Shown: positions 40,850 through 53,360 of the stretch, in pieces
Layout of the letters: every line of letters starts with the position of its first letter
Numbering within the stretch: the stretch's first letter is position 1
Source: Octopus bimaculoides
Lineage: Eukaryota
Direction: 5' to 3'
Length of the DNA: 64,000 nucleotides
Assembly (NCBI RefSeq): GCF_001194135.2
Contig: NC_068998.1
Span: forward strand, 8,547,686 to 8,611,685
The notes under the pieces: model-generated
Database searches by the model: none
The model's input: the letters and a program-made list of their open reading frames with translations, nothing else
Told to the model about the DNA's origin: nothing
Program-made: the position numbers and the translations under genes

Positions 40850-41050
40850 TTTTGAGCGTTCGAAGACCAGTGTAGTTTGCGCTGTGTCTATCCGTGTTCC
40901 ATAATTTCTTAATCGTTTCTACATGTAGACAGAAATTTCTGAGAAATAAGTATTGCGGCTACACTTAATTAATGAAGTTGATGAGAAAATGGTGTGCCCG
41001 ATGACTGTAGTCCAAAGACAGAATCCACTAAGAGAATAATGGAATAGATA
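40850..41050 (-). pseudogene. C-terminal fragment and 3' flank of another unit
   Basis: FLSTCRND* and downstream ACACAGCGCAAACTACACTGG match LLSTCRSN* and ACACAGCGCAAACTCCACTGG at 39730-39815. Confidence 0.65.
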
Positions 41051-41712
41051 AGCAGAGAGAAAAAACGGATGGATGGACGGAGAGTCGGCTGGACGGATGG
41101 ATGGATGTATGCCTTGAGGGAGAGAGAGAAAAAAAAGATGTCGGAGAAAGACAGACAGACAGATGGGTGAATAGACAGATAGGTAGGTAGATGGATAGGC
41201 ATATAGATAGATAAATAGGCAGATAGATAGATGGATGGATAGATAGATAGATAGATGGATAGATGGATAGATAGATAGATAGATGGATAGATAGATAGAT
41301 AGATGGATAGATAGATAGATAGGTAGGATTACTGAGAAACAGTAATTAGAATTATGCGTAGTTATTTACCAGCTTTAATTGATGAGGATGATGTTTTAGC
41401 ACAGAAACTGCGATTGCTTCGTCTCGCGCTGTCAATGAGCCTAATTAGACGTAGATTGAGACTATTCATTAACCATAGTAGAGTAGATGATATAATTTAC
41501 ATACAGGCATATACATATGTGTGTGTGTGTGTCTACGTGTGTGTGTGTATCTATCTATATATATGCATATTGTTACGCTATATTTGGTGTAACTATTTAT
41601 TTCACAAATGTGAGATATAGGTAATAGAATTTTTATGTGTATGTACACAAAAATATATACACAATCATGCACACATATATACATGCATACGCACTCACAG
41701 ACCCATGTACAA

Positions 41713-41791
<79 letters not shown>

Positions 41792-41944
41792 TATATATAC
41801 ATACGTGGTAAGAAATTTGCTTCTCAGCAACATGCATCCGGTTTCCATTGCACTGCGTAGCTCCTTCAGATAGTGTTTTGTAATACAGCAGCGGACCGAC
41901 CAAAGTCTTCAGAATGGAGTTGTTATACGGAAACTTAAAGAAGC

Positions 41945-41984
<40 letters not shown>

Positions 41985-42079
41985 ACTTCGCCCCTTAACT
42001 GCCGATATTAGTTTATTTACGTTCCGTAACTTAGTGCCCCAAAATTTTCCACGCTAAAAAAAAAAAAAAAAATTTTTGT

Positions 42080-42210
42080 ACAGGGAGCCAGTGGATTAGA
42101 TCGACCCAGTACGCAGCTGGTACTTAATTTATCGACCCCAAAACGATGAAAGGAAAAGTCGACCTAGGTGGAATTTGAACTCGGAACGTAAAGACAAACG
42201 AAAATATTTG
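42080..42210 (-). mobile_element. Family-B SINE fragment
   Basis: GATTAGATCGACCCAGTAC...GGTACTTAATTTATCGACCCC...GTCGACCTAGGTGGAATTTGAACTCGGAACG. Confidence 0.85.
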
Positions 42211-42464
42211 ACTAATAATAATAACAGAATTGAAATGGAACCCGTTTATTATTGACATTATAACTCTCCTGAAGGAAAAGAAAATTTGTTTCAGTACACG
42301 TGATCACATCAAGAATCTTCCAAATCAAATACAAAAATGAAACATTGAAAATAAGCTTTCAACAAACACTTGAGATCTTTAGGTACAAAACTACAAGAAC
42401 AGAACCTAAAATAATAAAGTGTGTTATTATGTTATTAATATGTCCGATGATATCGTTGTCCGTT

Positions 42465-42775
42465 GAAGTGGCTGAAAAAACATTAGATTGAAAGTGAAAA
42501 CAAAATTGAAACTAATTGCAATTCTCGTTTCAATGAGTTTGGAAGAGTCCAAATCGTAAGTACCATGTGAAATGGAATATCTAACTTTTAATATGTCCTA
42601 CAATATTAATATCTAACCTTCAATATGCCCTTTCATATTATTGTTCGTGGAAGTGGTTAAAAAACATTAGATCGAAAGGGAGAGCAACATAGAATCTATT
42701 TGTAATCATGTTTCTAAGAGTTTGGAAGAGTCTAAAACGTAAGGTATCATGTAAAATGGAATAGCTAACATTTTT
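42465..42775. repeat. Old two-unit tandem duplication, period about 185 bp
   Basis: GAAGTGG.T.AAAAAACATTAGAT.GAAAG...GAGTTTGGAAGAGTC.AAA.CGTAAG...CATGT.AAATGGAATA.CTAAC begins at 42465 and 42650. Confidence 0.85.
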
Positions 42776-43213
42776 TTGAAGAGCCCTTCATTGGATAATG
42801 GAGGATAAAACGAAATGGTAATCCATAAAGCGTTAATAAAATACTACAGAGGAATCTATGGAAGCTTTTGTTCACTCGACTGCCTTATTAAAATTTGATT
42901 ATTTAGTTCCAATATCACTTTAATTAAATATTGTTATTTTGATTAAAAAGCTCTTGAATATTATATCATTTACATGTTTTGTGTTTGATGCCTCATTATA
43001 AAGCGGTATTAAAATATACGCATGCACACATACACCCATGTATAAGAATGAATAAAGAGCTAGATAATTGAATAAATGATTAGAGTTATTTAAGTTCAAA
43101 ATATAACCTATATTCTCGTTTAGCAATAAACAGAAAATGTGTTTCATTCCACATATACAACCCTATAAATATTCACACATACACACCTAAATGTCAATCT
43201 GAAATTTCTGATG

Positions 43214-43244
<31 letters not shown>

Positions 43245-43979
43245 TTCTCGCTCACCCATACCTTTAAGGTAGATGGAGATTAATAAATGTCCAATCTATC
43301 GAAATTTGCTATTGCTTTTAATAATGTATGAGTGTTGTTAGGTTTTAATCTTATTTTATTCCATAGTGAAAATTAAGTGTGATTGAAGAAATGCCGTGAA
43401 CAAAATCAAATTACTCAGAAAATTAGAGTGAAATTTTCCGTTTCGTTCAATAAACAGAACGGAATAAGAGGAAAGTATATTACAATTAAAAAAATTCTTG
43501 AAAATATAATTGATCACATTTCCTTATAACACTTATTGTCGTATTGTCTTATCAAAAAAATCTCTTGGTTACACTAACAACAACCATATGGGTCCGATTA
43601 TAAATTTTATATGTACGGAAACTATGAAGTGCCTACTGAAGATGCTGAATAATATTGATATTACTATTGGAGATATTAATTTTGTAGATACAAAGAAGTG
43701 ATATATTACGAGGTCGCTTTGACTTAGTAGCAATGGCTGTGAAGTCGTTCTCAAATTACAAATCACCGTCTTTAATACACTAGATATAGATTATTTTAAA
43801 TAAACCTGCTACATATATATATATATATATTTGAAGGTTTGGAGGTGATGTACGGAAATTATATAGAAAAAGATTTTAATTAAGGTACTCAGAAACCTGG
43901 ATGTTTGTACATTTACAGATTTTTATTAATGTCACATTAAATGAAGCGCTTTTCACCTAGTCGTGTAGGTTTTTCAAAT

Positions 43980-44013
<34 letters not shown>

Positions 44014-45119
44014 TAAGGCGGTGAACTTGCAAAATTGTCAGCCCACGTTCCTTCATGTATATGCATATACATTCATGCATATATTTTTAGATATGTGTGT
44101 ATAATTGCGTGTTCATACGTATACGCAAACATATGTTTATCGGTCACTTAGAAATAATACTTAGTTATATCTTATTTAGCAGACGCTCAGTTCGTCCCTA
44201 TCTATGTAACTGAAACTTTATACACGATCGATGTGTCGAAGCTATATTGCTAATCCCAGCCGAATGTCCATAAATGCGGATGTGTTACGGGCAGAATTTC
44301 GTTGTGTGTAACAAAGTTTTGTTAAAGGTATCATGACATATGGTAACTCAGTCAGATCTTGAATAATATTTACAATATATTTCAATCTTAAATTAGTACT
44401 GTTTATTGAAAGACGTCTAATCGATCGTCCGATTAATAACATCGCAACTGGCATGCACCCCATAATCATAAGTGATCATCTTTCCATAATTTCATTCCAG
44501 TATAAACTGTTTTTATTACATAGAAATTATGTAACCTTTTGTGAAATAAATAACACAAAGATTACACAAGTATTTCATGATTTCGTTCCAAGCTTTAGAG
44601 TTGTCTAAAATTACAAACATCGTCTTCCATATAATAACGTGATCATTGTCTAAAAGAACATCGTTAATTAATTAATTAATTAATTTCAATGAGATGAATG
44701 AGCCCTTTCATCAGGAAATAAAATTGAAATGTGAAAATCAAAACGCTGTTAGTGTTTGGGATATAACAGACGAAACATAGAAAAAAATAAACATCATACA
44801 CCATTCTTATATGGAAAAATGTATGCACATATACATATATATACACGAACACATATCTACACATGTATGTGTATGAATTAATATATATACATATATGTAT
44901 GAACTAACATACACACATATGTGTGTGTGTGTGTGTGTGCATGGTTTTCTAAAGTAACATTGTAAAAATTAGAGCTGTTGTTAAGAAAAACTGATAACGA
45001 AGAGGTTGAGAGGAAGATTCACACAAATATTTCTACAAAACTTATAATTTTACATAATTATAAATATGTGTATATATTATTCTTCAAGAAATATGGAATT
45101 CACAGTACGTTTTGGCCAT

Positions 45120-45345
45120 CTAGTGGGGGGGGGCAGCGGGCTGGCAGGATCGTTAGCACAGCGGGTAAAATGCAGAGAGGTATTTCGTCCGTCTTTACGT
45201 CCAGAGTTCAAATTCCACCGGGGGCGAACTTGCCTTTCAGCTTTATCATGCTTGATAGAATAAGTACCAGTTGAGCACTAGTGTCGGTGTAGTCGACTTG
45301 CCCATTTCGCGAAATTGCGCTCTTCGTACCAAAACTTGAAATCAA
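45120..45345 (+). mobile_element. Family-B SINE
   Basis: GGCAGCGGGCTGGCAGGATCGTTAGCA...GAGTTCAAATTCC...GATAGAATAAGTACCAG. Confidence 0.82.
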
Positions 45346-45389
45346 TATACGTTTGTGTATACATATATTTACTCAAGTAGCTATTGCAC

Positions 45390-45430
<41 letters not shown>

Positions 45431-45456
45431 TGTAAGAGAGAGAGAGACACACACAC

Positions 45457-45492
<36 letters not shown>

Positions 45493-45529
45493 AGAGCACA
45501 CACAAATGTATTTCATTTCATTATCCCAT

Positions 45530-45770
45530 TGAAATGAAGGTGCAGAGTCGGGAGTCTCTTTAGCACAACGCACCAAACGCCTAGCGGCATTTCTCCCGTT
45601 TCTTTACGTTTTACGTTCGAATCCAACCATGACAGACCCCGCCCTTTATTCTTTTCGGGTTGGACAAAGTAAAGTACCAATCACATACTAATATCAATGT
45701 AATCAACTTGCACCCTTTCTTTGAAACTTCCTGTCTTGTGCCTACCGTGGCAAGGATTATTAAATTGGAA
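45530..45770 (+). mobile_element. Family-B SINE, degraded
   Basis: AAGGTGCAGAG...TTTACGTTTTACGTTCGAATCC...AAAGTACCAA. Confidence 0.65.
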
Positions 45771-45859
45771 TAATTTTTAAGGACATTTTAATAAAACTGA
45801 CGCAATTCCGTGGGTACATTTTTATAGCACTTAAACACCATGTTTGTTTTAACTATATT

Positions 45860-46247
45860 CTTTTATTTGTTTCGGTCATTTGACTGCAGCCATGCAGTAG
45901 CACCGCCTTTAGTCGAGCAAATCGACTCCAGGACTTATTCTATCTATCTAGTACTTATTCTATCGGTACCTTGTGCCGAACTGCTAAGTTACATAGACAT
46001 AAATACACCAGCGTCGGTTGTTAAGCGATGTTGGGAGGACAAACACAGACATACAAACACAAACACACACATACATATACATACGACGGGCTTCTTTCAG
46101 TTTCCGTCTACCAAATCCACTCACAAGGCTTTGGTCGGCCCGAGGCTATGGTAGAAGATACTTGACCAAGGTGCCACGCAGTGGGACTGAACATGGAACC
46201 ATCTGGTTGGTAAGCAAGCTACTTATCACACAGCTACTTCTGCGCCT
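45860..46247 (-). mobile_element. Family-C SINE, near full length
   Basis: Reverse-complement homologue of 7031-7395. Confidence 0.9.
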
Positions 46248-47409
46248 TTTCGGAAGAAAACATGGAAGGTTGCCCTTAGAACGTCTTCTGTAGGCATGAT
46301 AGGTGTTCTACCACTGCATTTTCTGTACCTATTTTAGAAACTTTAATCTTACCAGCGGGAATTAAGTTATTGACGTCATAAGAATTTATATATCTTCGAG
46401 TGAACCTAAAATAATTAGTTTTTGGAACACTAGATCTCGAAGTACAAAACGCTATATCGACAATATACATAGATGTATATATGTGCGTGTAGGCATATTT
46501 ATGTGTATGTATATATGTGTTTGTGTGTCTATATTTATGTACAAATGTAAGTATGTGTGTATGTAAGTGGTTTAACAGAAATAAATGTATACGAATAAAA
46601 TTTCACTACTAAGTATAATGGTAGCCATATTTAACCTATTACTTCCTGTATTGACATTATTATTTTATTGCAACTCTTTAAAGCCAACTACATCAAATAT
46701 TTAACGTAAATATACAGTTGTACATTTATATGTAGTCTCACCTCTAACGGAACTAATAATACCACAAGTATTTTGTTTATATTTTGATTAGTCTATTCAA
46801 ATATAAACATGTTACTAGATTAAGCGAGGAGTTGCTGACTGTGGCGCTGAAGTAGTGAGACAGTGAGAGAGAGATAAAGAGTTTTTAAAATTATTAGTGA
46901 TCTCTAAAGCTATTTTTCCCCAATAACCAAGTTATTTCCGTAATAAAAATCCAAAAAATGACTAAGAAATAAAAGAAATGAGGTAAAGTGACCAATCTCT
47001 AATATGGCCTATAAAAACTGACGAACAAGTGAGTCTGAATTGGTGCATTGTAGTCGTCAGTGATAAGGTCTTAGATGTGTAGTGAAACAGTTTAACACCT
47101 TATAGTATGCTTTGTTATCGTTAATGAATAATTTTTAATAACCTTGTTGATTATCTGCGACATCGCTGCCTGAACAGTCACTGAAATTCTATATATTACA
47201 AACAATAAGATTTGGTTGTATGCAGCTACCGGATGCCTACCACCAAAGAGACGGAGGACGTGAAAATTACGTGATCTACCTGTTTCAGTTCCCGCAGCAG
47301 ACACTTATCCGGTGCCAGCCAGCTATAGTAACATGTGTCCTTTAATGCACCATGCGTCAATAGGAGAGGCCTCCCAAGGTAAATAAGACAGGATTCGGCG
47401 CTCTCACAA

Positions 47410-47655
47410 TAGAATCAGGTTAAGGTCGATATATAAAGGCCAGCAGTTTCAGGGTCGGGGGCATAGGTCGATTAGATCGAACCCAGTATTCTACTGGCAT
47501 TTATTATATGGACCTCGGAAGGATGAAAGACAAAGTCAACCTCGACGGGATTCGAACTCGGATCGTAAAGACGGACTAAATACTGCTAATGGTTTTGCTT
47601 AGTGTGCTAACGGTTTTTCCCAGCGTGCTGACAATTTTACAAGCTCACCGCCTTA
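47410..47655 (-). mobile_element. Family-B SINE
   Basis: GTCGATTAGATCGAACCCAGTA...GGATGAAAGACAAAGTCAACCTCG...GCTCACCGCCTTAA. Confidence 0.82.
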
Positions 47656-47657
47656 AG

Positions 47658-47710
<53 letters not shown>

Positions 47711-48511
47711 GTACAGAATAGTACTATATATCCTAAAGGAATACAAGACAAATTCTACCTCAGTGGGATTTGAACTCATAACGTACAGCGTTGAAACGAA
47801 CGTGGCAATAATTGTCTCCGACGAATGCATGATTCTACAAGCTCTCTACCTTGCCGCCTTTTTTTTGTGTCTGTCTCTGCCAACTATTACTAATTTCTAA
47901 ATAAAATCTGTGAAGATGCGTAGGACTTCACTGAAGTTTAACGTGTAACAATTAATGTTTCTGTTATTCAAATACTAGTGATGGAACAGAGATTCTTTGC
48001 AAGAAACCAGTTCCTTACTTACTGACAGAATTCAAATAATTACAACAGAAAGAAACATACCTGACTGTTTATCTGTGTTTGAAATTGGTGCTGTCTCTCT
48101 GTAAACATGTAATTGTTTTAGTTTCAATGCAGCTATTTCAGATAAAGTCACTAGTCAAGCAAGCACAACTAGAAACTATATCCCATTCTCCCCGCTCATT
48201 CTGCCCTCTCTCACACCCGTATTTCTCACATTTTCCATGCATGCACACACATATACGTACGTCTAAGTTACTTTGTCTTTTCTATTTCTCACTCTCTCTC
48301 TATCTGTCATTCACTCACACACATACACGTACACACAGACATACACTCGCTTACTTTTCACACAAACACAGATGCACATATCTTACCCCTCCCTCGGCTT
48401 CTTTCTCTATATATACATATACACACATATGTATATACACGTGTGTGTAAGGACGTACATATATATATACACACATATACTCGTCTAATATATATTTGTA
48501 TGAATGGTGTA

Positions 48512-48544
<33 letters not shown>

Positions 48545-49189
48545 ATGCATACAAACGTATAGGCATGCATATATGTATGTGCATACTTACATACATACAC
48601 AAATAACGGTTTATGTGCGTTTTAAATCTTATATATGACACTTGAGCGATGCAAATTTTCTCAATCTGAACACACGATCTCCGATGATGTCACTTGCGAA
48701 GCACGTACAGTTCCAACATTGCTTTTCAAAGTTCCAACTTATAATCTGATCAACACAATACTCTGCTCACAAATAAACACATCATATCAAACAAAACACG
48801 AGAGAAATGGCAGACTATTGACTAAATTGTCTGACTATTTAATTTAGTCACTCCACTTTCTACAGTTTGAAATATATTAGGTTAATCTTTAGCTTTTAAT
48901 CGTTCTAGATCTAGGGTCAACCTCTGTCAATCAGAGCTGGCGGCTCTTTATCTGGAGTGCGACTGAGTGTGTGCAATGTTTGTTAGTGTGTATGTGTGTG
49001 CGTGGAGGACTGACAGTTAACTAGTAATCTACGCATGCAAGCCATCTACTTCCGTGCCACGAATGTTTATCCAAAGAAAAAGCCGCCTATTTAGGGTCAA
49101 CATAGATGGCGTTGTAGGCATTATTTTCAGAATACAGAAGGGTGAAATAGAACCCCTTTAGACATTTCATGAGATTTTACAATTAGTAA

Positions 49190-49495
49190 ATAGGGCATTC
49201 GAGTCATGATCGTAAGGTTACCAGTTCGATTTCCGGCGGCGTGATGTGTCCTTAAGTAAGATACTTTATTTCACGTTTCTCAAGTCTACTGAACTAGCAA
49301 AACTGTGTATTACCTGTATTTCAAAGGGCCAGCCTTATCACATTCTGTGTTATGCTGAATCTCCCCGAGAACTACATTAAGGGTACGCATATCTGAGGAG
49401 TATTCAGCGAATTGCACTTTTATTTCATGAACCGGCTGTTCCGTTGATAGGATCAACCGGAACCTTCGTCGTCGTAACCGATGGAATACCAATTC
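49190..49495 (+). mobile_element. Family-D SINE
   Basis: AGTTCGATTTCC head, GTGTCCTTAAGTAAGATACTTTATTTCACG central part, family-A-type tail to CGTCGTCGTAACCGATGG. Confidence 0.8.
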
Positions 49496-50845
49496 CAATT
49501 AAATATATTGCATTTGTATAAGCAGATCGAATGTATCCAAGACATTATTCAATGCATCGTCACCATTACCTTTCTCTGTAGATTGTAAAAATCATTTGAC
49601 TGCTATTTCTTGCAAGTCAAGCTTTCGCATGGAGGCTTAGTTTTCCAATTACTATTCTATTCTTTAACACTTGTTTTACATATTACATTGCGGTCATACA
49701 AGAGTCGTTTTAAGACAAAAGCATGGTTGATACGATGGAGATTTGTCTGTTATTTCTAGCAAGTGTATACAGACCGTCTTGAGCCCTCCTCCTCGTTGAT
49801 TCATCATTGTGATATCGGTTTAGTATTTTGAATCTCATGAGCTACACAATAATTGTAAAAACTGATACTAGCTGTGCGTTAACATGTTTCTGTAATGCGT
49901 GTTTGAAAGTAAAACAAATATTTGCGTCTAGTTATAAAATATTAAATCTAATTTGTTAATTATTCTAATGGTCAATATAATACTTTCATTTCAAATTTTC
50001 TTTACAGCCTATTCTCTTGTTAAATACGAAACCTCATTACTAAGTTAATTAGAATTTTTGATAAGAGGAAATTTTAGATAAATTTTCGGCTTCTATCATG
50101 AGAACAACGAGCTAGAGTAAAGATTAGTGTATTATTAATTAGAAAATGTCACTGACCGCATATTTATAGAACACAATTTTCCAATATCATCAACATCTTA
50201 AATAACCAAAGTAGGGTTAATTAAATACGGTGATTAAGATATACTAGAAGTGAGCAAACGCTATTCACATAGACGAACTACACGAGTTTCCTTTTCGTTC
50301 AAAGTATTGCAAGGAATGAGATAATTTCAACATTTTGTAAATACTAATAAATGTGGGTTGTAGCGGTCTGTATCTATAAGGTGGGAGTCTACAGGCCAAA
50401 TGTTTACTCGACATACCATTGGTATTCCACTGGTCTGCTCTGCATTATTAGACGTAACGCGTGACTTTAGGTGGAACTCATCAAGTGCTTAAGAATGCAT
50501 TTCAAAGTTTTGTACACACAACTTCTCCATATATAGAACAAATTTCTAGAGCGGCTTTTGCAGTTTTAGAACCGTGACTGGAACCCGAAAATTTGCAGAT
50601 GTCGGAAATGCTATTTTCTTTTTTTTTTTCTAATTCACACTCTATCGTCATATATTTGAAACGAGTTCAAAATTATTCAAATTTCGGAAATGATAAACAA
50701 TTTCTATAGGGGAAGAGTAGAACTACAAAACATATATATAAAACAGTACGATAAAAAAAGAATATTTTTTCTCGTTTTAGAGAACAGCGGAAAGAAACGA
50801 AATCATCTCTTCGACAACTAAATAGTTCTATAGATCAAAACCAAT

Positions 50846-51050
50846 CTTTTCTACTCTAGGCACAAGGCCTGAAATTTTTGGGGAGGGTGCCAGTCGATTA
50901 GATCGACCCCAGTACACAACTGGTACTTAATTTATCGACCCCGAAAAGCATAGTCGACCTCGGTGGAATTTGAACTCAGAGCGTAACGACAGACGAAATG
51001 CCGCTCAGCATTTCGCCCGGCTTGCTAACGTTTCTGCCAGCTCACCGCCT
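50846..51050 (-). mobile_element. Well-preserved full-length family-B SINE with 14-bp TSD
   Basis: Head AGGCGGTGAGCTGGCAGAAACGTTAGC, B box GAGTTCAAATTCC; TATAGATC(A/G)AAACC at 50829-50842 and 51051-51064. Confidence 0.92.
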
Positions 51051-51794
51051 TATAGATCGAAACCGTTGAAATACGCTGTGGAGCAATTCTGGTAAATAAT
51101 TTATTAGTATTGGTTATTACTAAATATATTTTACAGCCGTAAATATTTTCGCAGAAGGGTTAAAAAAAATTCTGACTTTCATAAAATTACTAAAGTTTAT
51201 TTTTAATGCAAAAAATAAATCCTGAATTTGGAATAAATATATAATCTTTTAGCAGAAAACAAACAAACAACTGTGTATTTATTATTAAAATGATTATCAC
51301 ATTGAGAAATATATCTACTTATTCTTTTTGTTGGTTTATTGCATGCATCATTTGAAAAAAAACCCTATCATTTTATTTTAATACAAGCATGAAAAACAGT
51401 TGATATATTATAAAAATCACAAACACTATTTTAGATAAATAAATAGAAAGAATTAGAAAGAAAGCAAAAATGTTGGAGTAAAATTAATCTAAGAAAACAA
51501 ACATTAATCCAAAACAGAATGATCAAAAGAGATGCATTTTTCTTCCATTAAAAGCATTATGTCTCTCTATGTGTATGCAATATCTGTGAGTGTATGCGTG
51601 TGCATATATATACATATATGTATAGAGAGAGATAGTGGGGAGAAAGAGAGGGGAGAGAAAGATAGATAAACAGATAGATGCATGTATATATATAATACAT
51701 ACGTGCATAACCACACGTGTATATACGTAAATAAGATCAGACATACCTTACCTTCCAACCTATTTTCATATATACATACATACACGCATACATA

Positions 51795-51832
<38 letters not shown>

Positions 51833-52629
51833 CATACATACAAGCATACATACATACATATACATACATGCATGCATACATACATACATACATACATACA
51901 TACATGCATGCATACATACATACATACATACATACATACATTTGTTGATTTTTATATCTGAGAACCTTCAGTTGCCAGGGTGTCGTGTGAGCTAACATGA
52001 AACAAATTTTATTAAACATGCAATTGCACAGTTTGAATTTTCAGAGATTAAAAAAAAAAGGACCAAGGAAATAGAAACACGTATACGAAAGCATGTGAAG
52101 AATATAGATAGAATTTGGAATTCTCTAAGGAAATCTGCACTTCTCTATTCCATTATGAACTCAAACAGCTGTTATTTCCATTTAATCAATACACCTTGAA
52201 ACACAAAGTGCCCACTTATATCTGAACACTACTTGCTTTTTTGTCAGACAAACAACTTAAATTCTACATGATAGAAAAGAAGTGCGTTTTGTTCAAATTG
52301 AATTTACCTGGTTTGGTTTAATACTTTACGATTTGTAGCGATTTAAAATGCTCTTCAAATTACACAAAGGGCAGCCGTTTTCTCGCTTGTATTATATAAT
52401 AAACTTCTCAATTAAGAAATTAAATCGTCTAACAGCGTTAGTGATATGATTTTATAAGATCTCCTAACCCACTTAAAGCGCATTTTCGAGTCGTCAAACT
52501 TAAGATATAAACTTTCTAAGTTTTCTTCTCAGACACAAAGATTTGCAATTATTTCAAGAGGGAAGGAAATCATATTCAGCCTTGTTGATTTAATAATAAT
52601 AATAATGATAATGATAATAGTGGTTTAAA

Positions 52630-52790
52630 ATTTTCCCTCAAGGGCAGCCATTTTAGGGGAGGGAATGAGTCGATTACATCGGCCCCATTGTTTCACTAGT
52701 ACTCTATTTATCGACCCCAAAAAAGGATGGAAGGCAAAGTCGACCTCGGCGGAAATTGAACTCAGAACGTAGCCACGGCGATTGAAGAAG
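52630..52790 (-). mobile_element. Family-B SINE, lacking head
   Basis: GAGTCGATTACATCGGCCCC...GGCAAAGTCGACCTCGGCGGAAATTGAACTCAGAACG. Confidence 0.82.
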
Positions 52791-52804
52791 AAGAATAATA
52801 TCAG

Positions 52805-52975
52805 CAAAATAATACCTTAGGAAGGAGAACCCATGGTTGTGTTCAAAATTCTACCAGGACACCTGATGAAGACTGGAGAGCAATATCAGCCGAAACATTG
52901 TAGTAACAACAAACAAGATAAGGACAAATATCCATCTAATATAAATAATGTACAGAATTCTTCATCTCAAAAATT
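52805..52975 (+). mobile_element. Penelope-like terminal-repeat fragment with degenerate hammerhead (52858-52904)
   Basis: AATACCTTAGGAAGGAGAACCC...GACAC-CTGATGA-A-GACTG..CAGCC-GAAA-CATT-GTAGT...AACAAACAAGATAAGGACAAATATCC; homologue of 63700-63850. Confidence 0.82.
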
Positions 52976-53169
52976 TTAAACAATAACGATTTTGTTTCTT
53001 AGTTGAAGTATCTTGGATGAAGAGAACATCACGAGTAAAGACTAAAACCTTTGTTGAGATTTACATAAGAGATGAGAAGAGAGTGATGGAGAAAACGGTG
53101 AAATGTTATAAAAATATGCAAAATAAAAATAGTATACAAAGACAATAATAACAATAAAAATGGATTCTA

Positions 53170-53360
53170 ATTTTGGCAAAAGGCCAGCAATTTCAGGGGT
53201 GAGGGGCTAAATCGATTACATAGCTTCCAATACTAAACTTGTACATATTCTATTGACCGCGCCAAAAGGATGAGAGGCAAAGTCAACTTCGACGGAATTT
53301 GAACTCGGAAAGAAATGTCACAAAAACAGTTTTTCCGGCTTGTTAACGATTCTGCCAGCA
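53170..53360 (-). mobile_element. Family-B SINE, degraded
   Basis: GGCAAAAGGCCAGCAATTTCAGGG...GGCAAAGTCAACTTCGACGGAATTTGAACTCGG...AACGATTCTGCCAGC. Confidence 0.75.

Larger units (their letters stand above)
43500..46960 (-). pseudogene. Fragmented NACHT-LRR-like unit 3, broken by SINEs and microsatellites
   Basis: Walker-A-like ATTACGGAAATAACTTGGTTATTGGGGAAA (46944-46915; reads ITxIxGIGK only if three single-base insertions are removed); FCTSRS (TSRS 46443-46432); RFTRRYINSY (46407-46378); IRRLSINSTNL; LRHIDRV (44241-44221; cf. LRNLNRV in unit 1); KFIIGPI (43607-43587; cf. KLDIGPI in unit 2). Confidence 0.55.
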
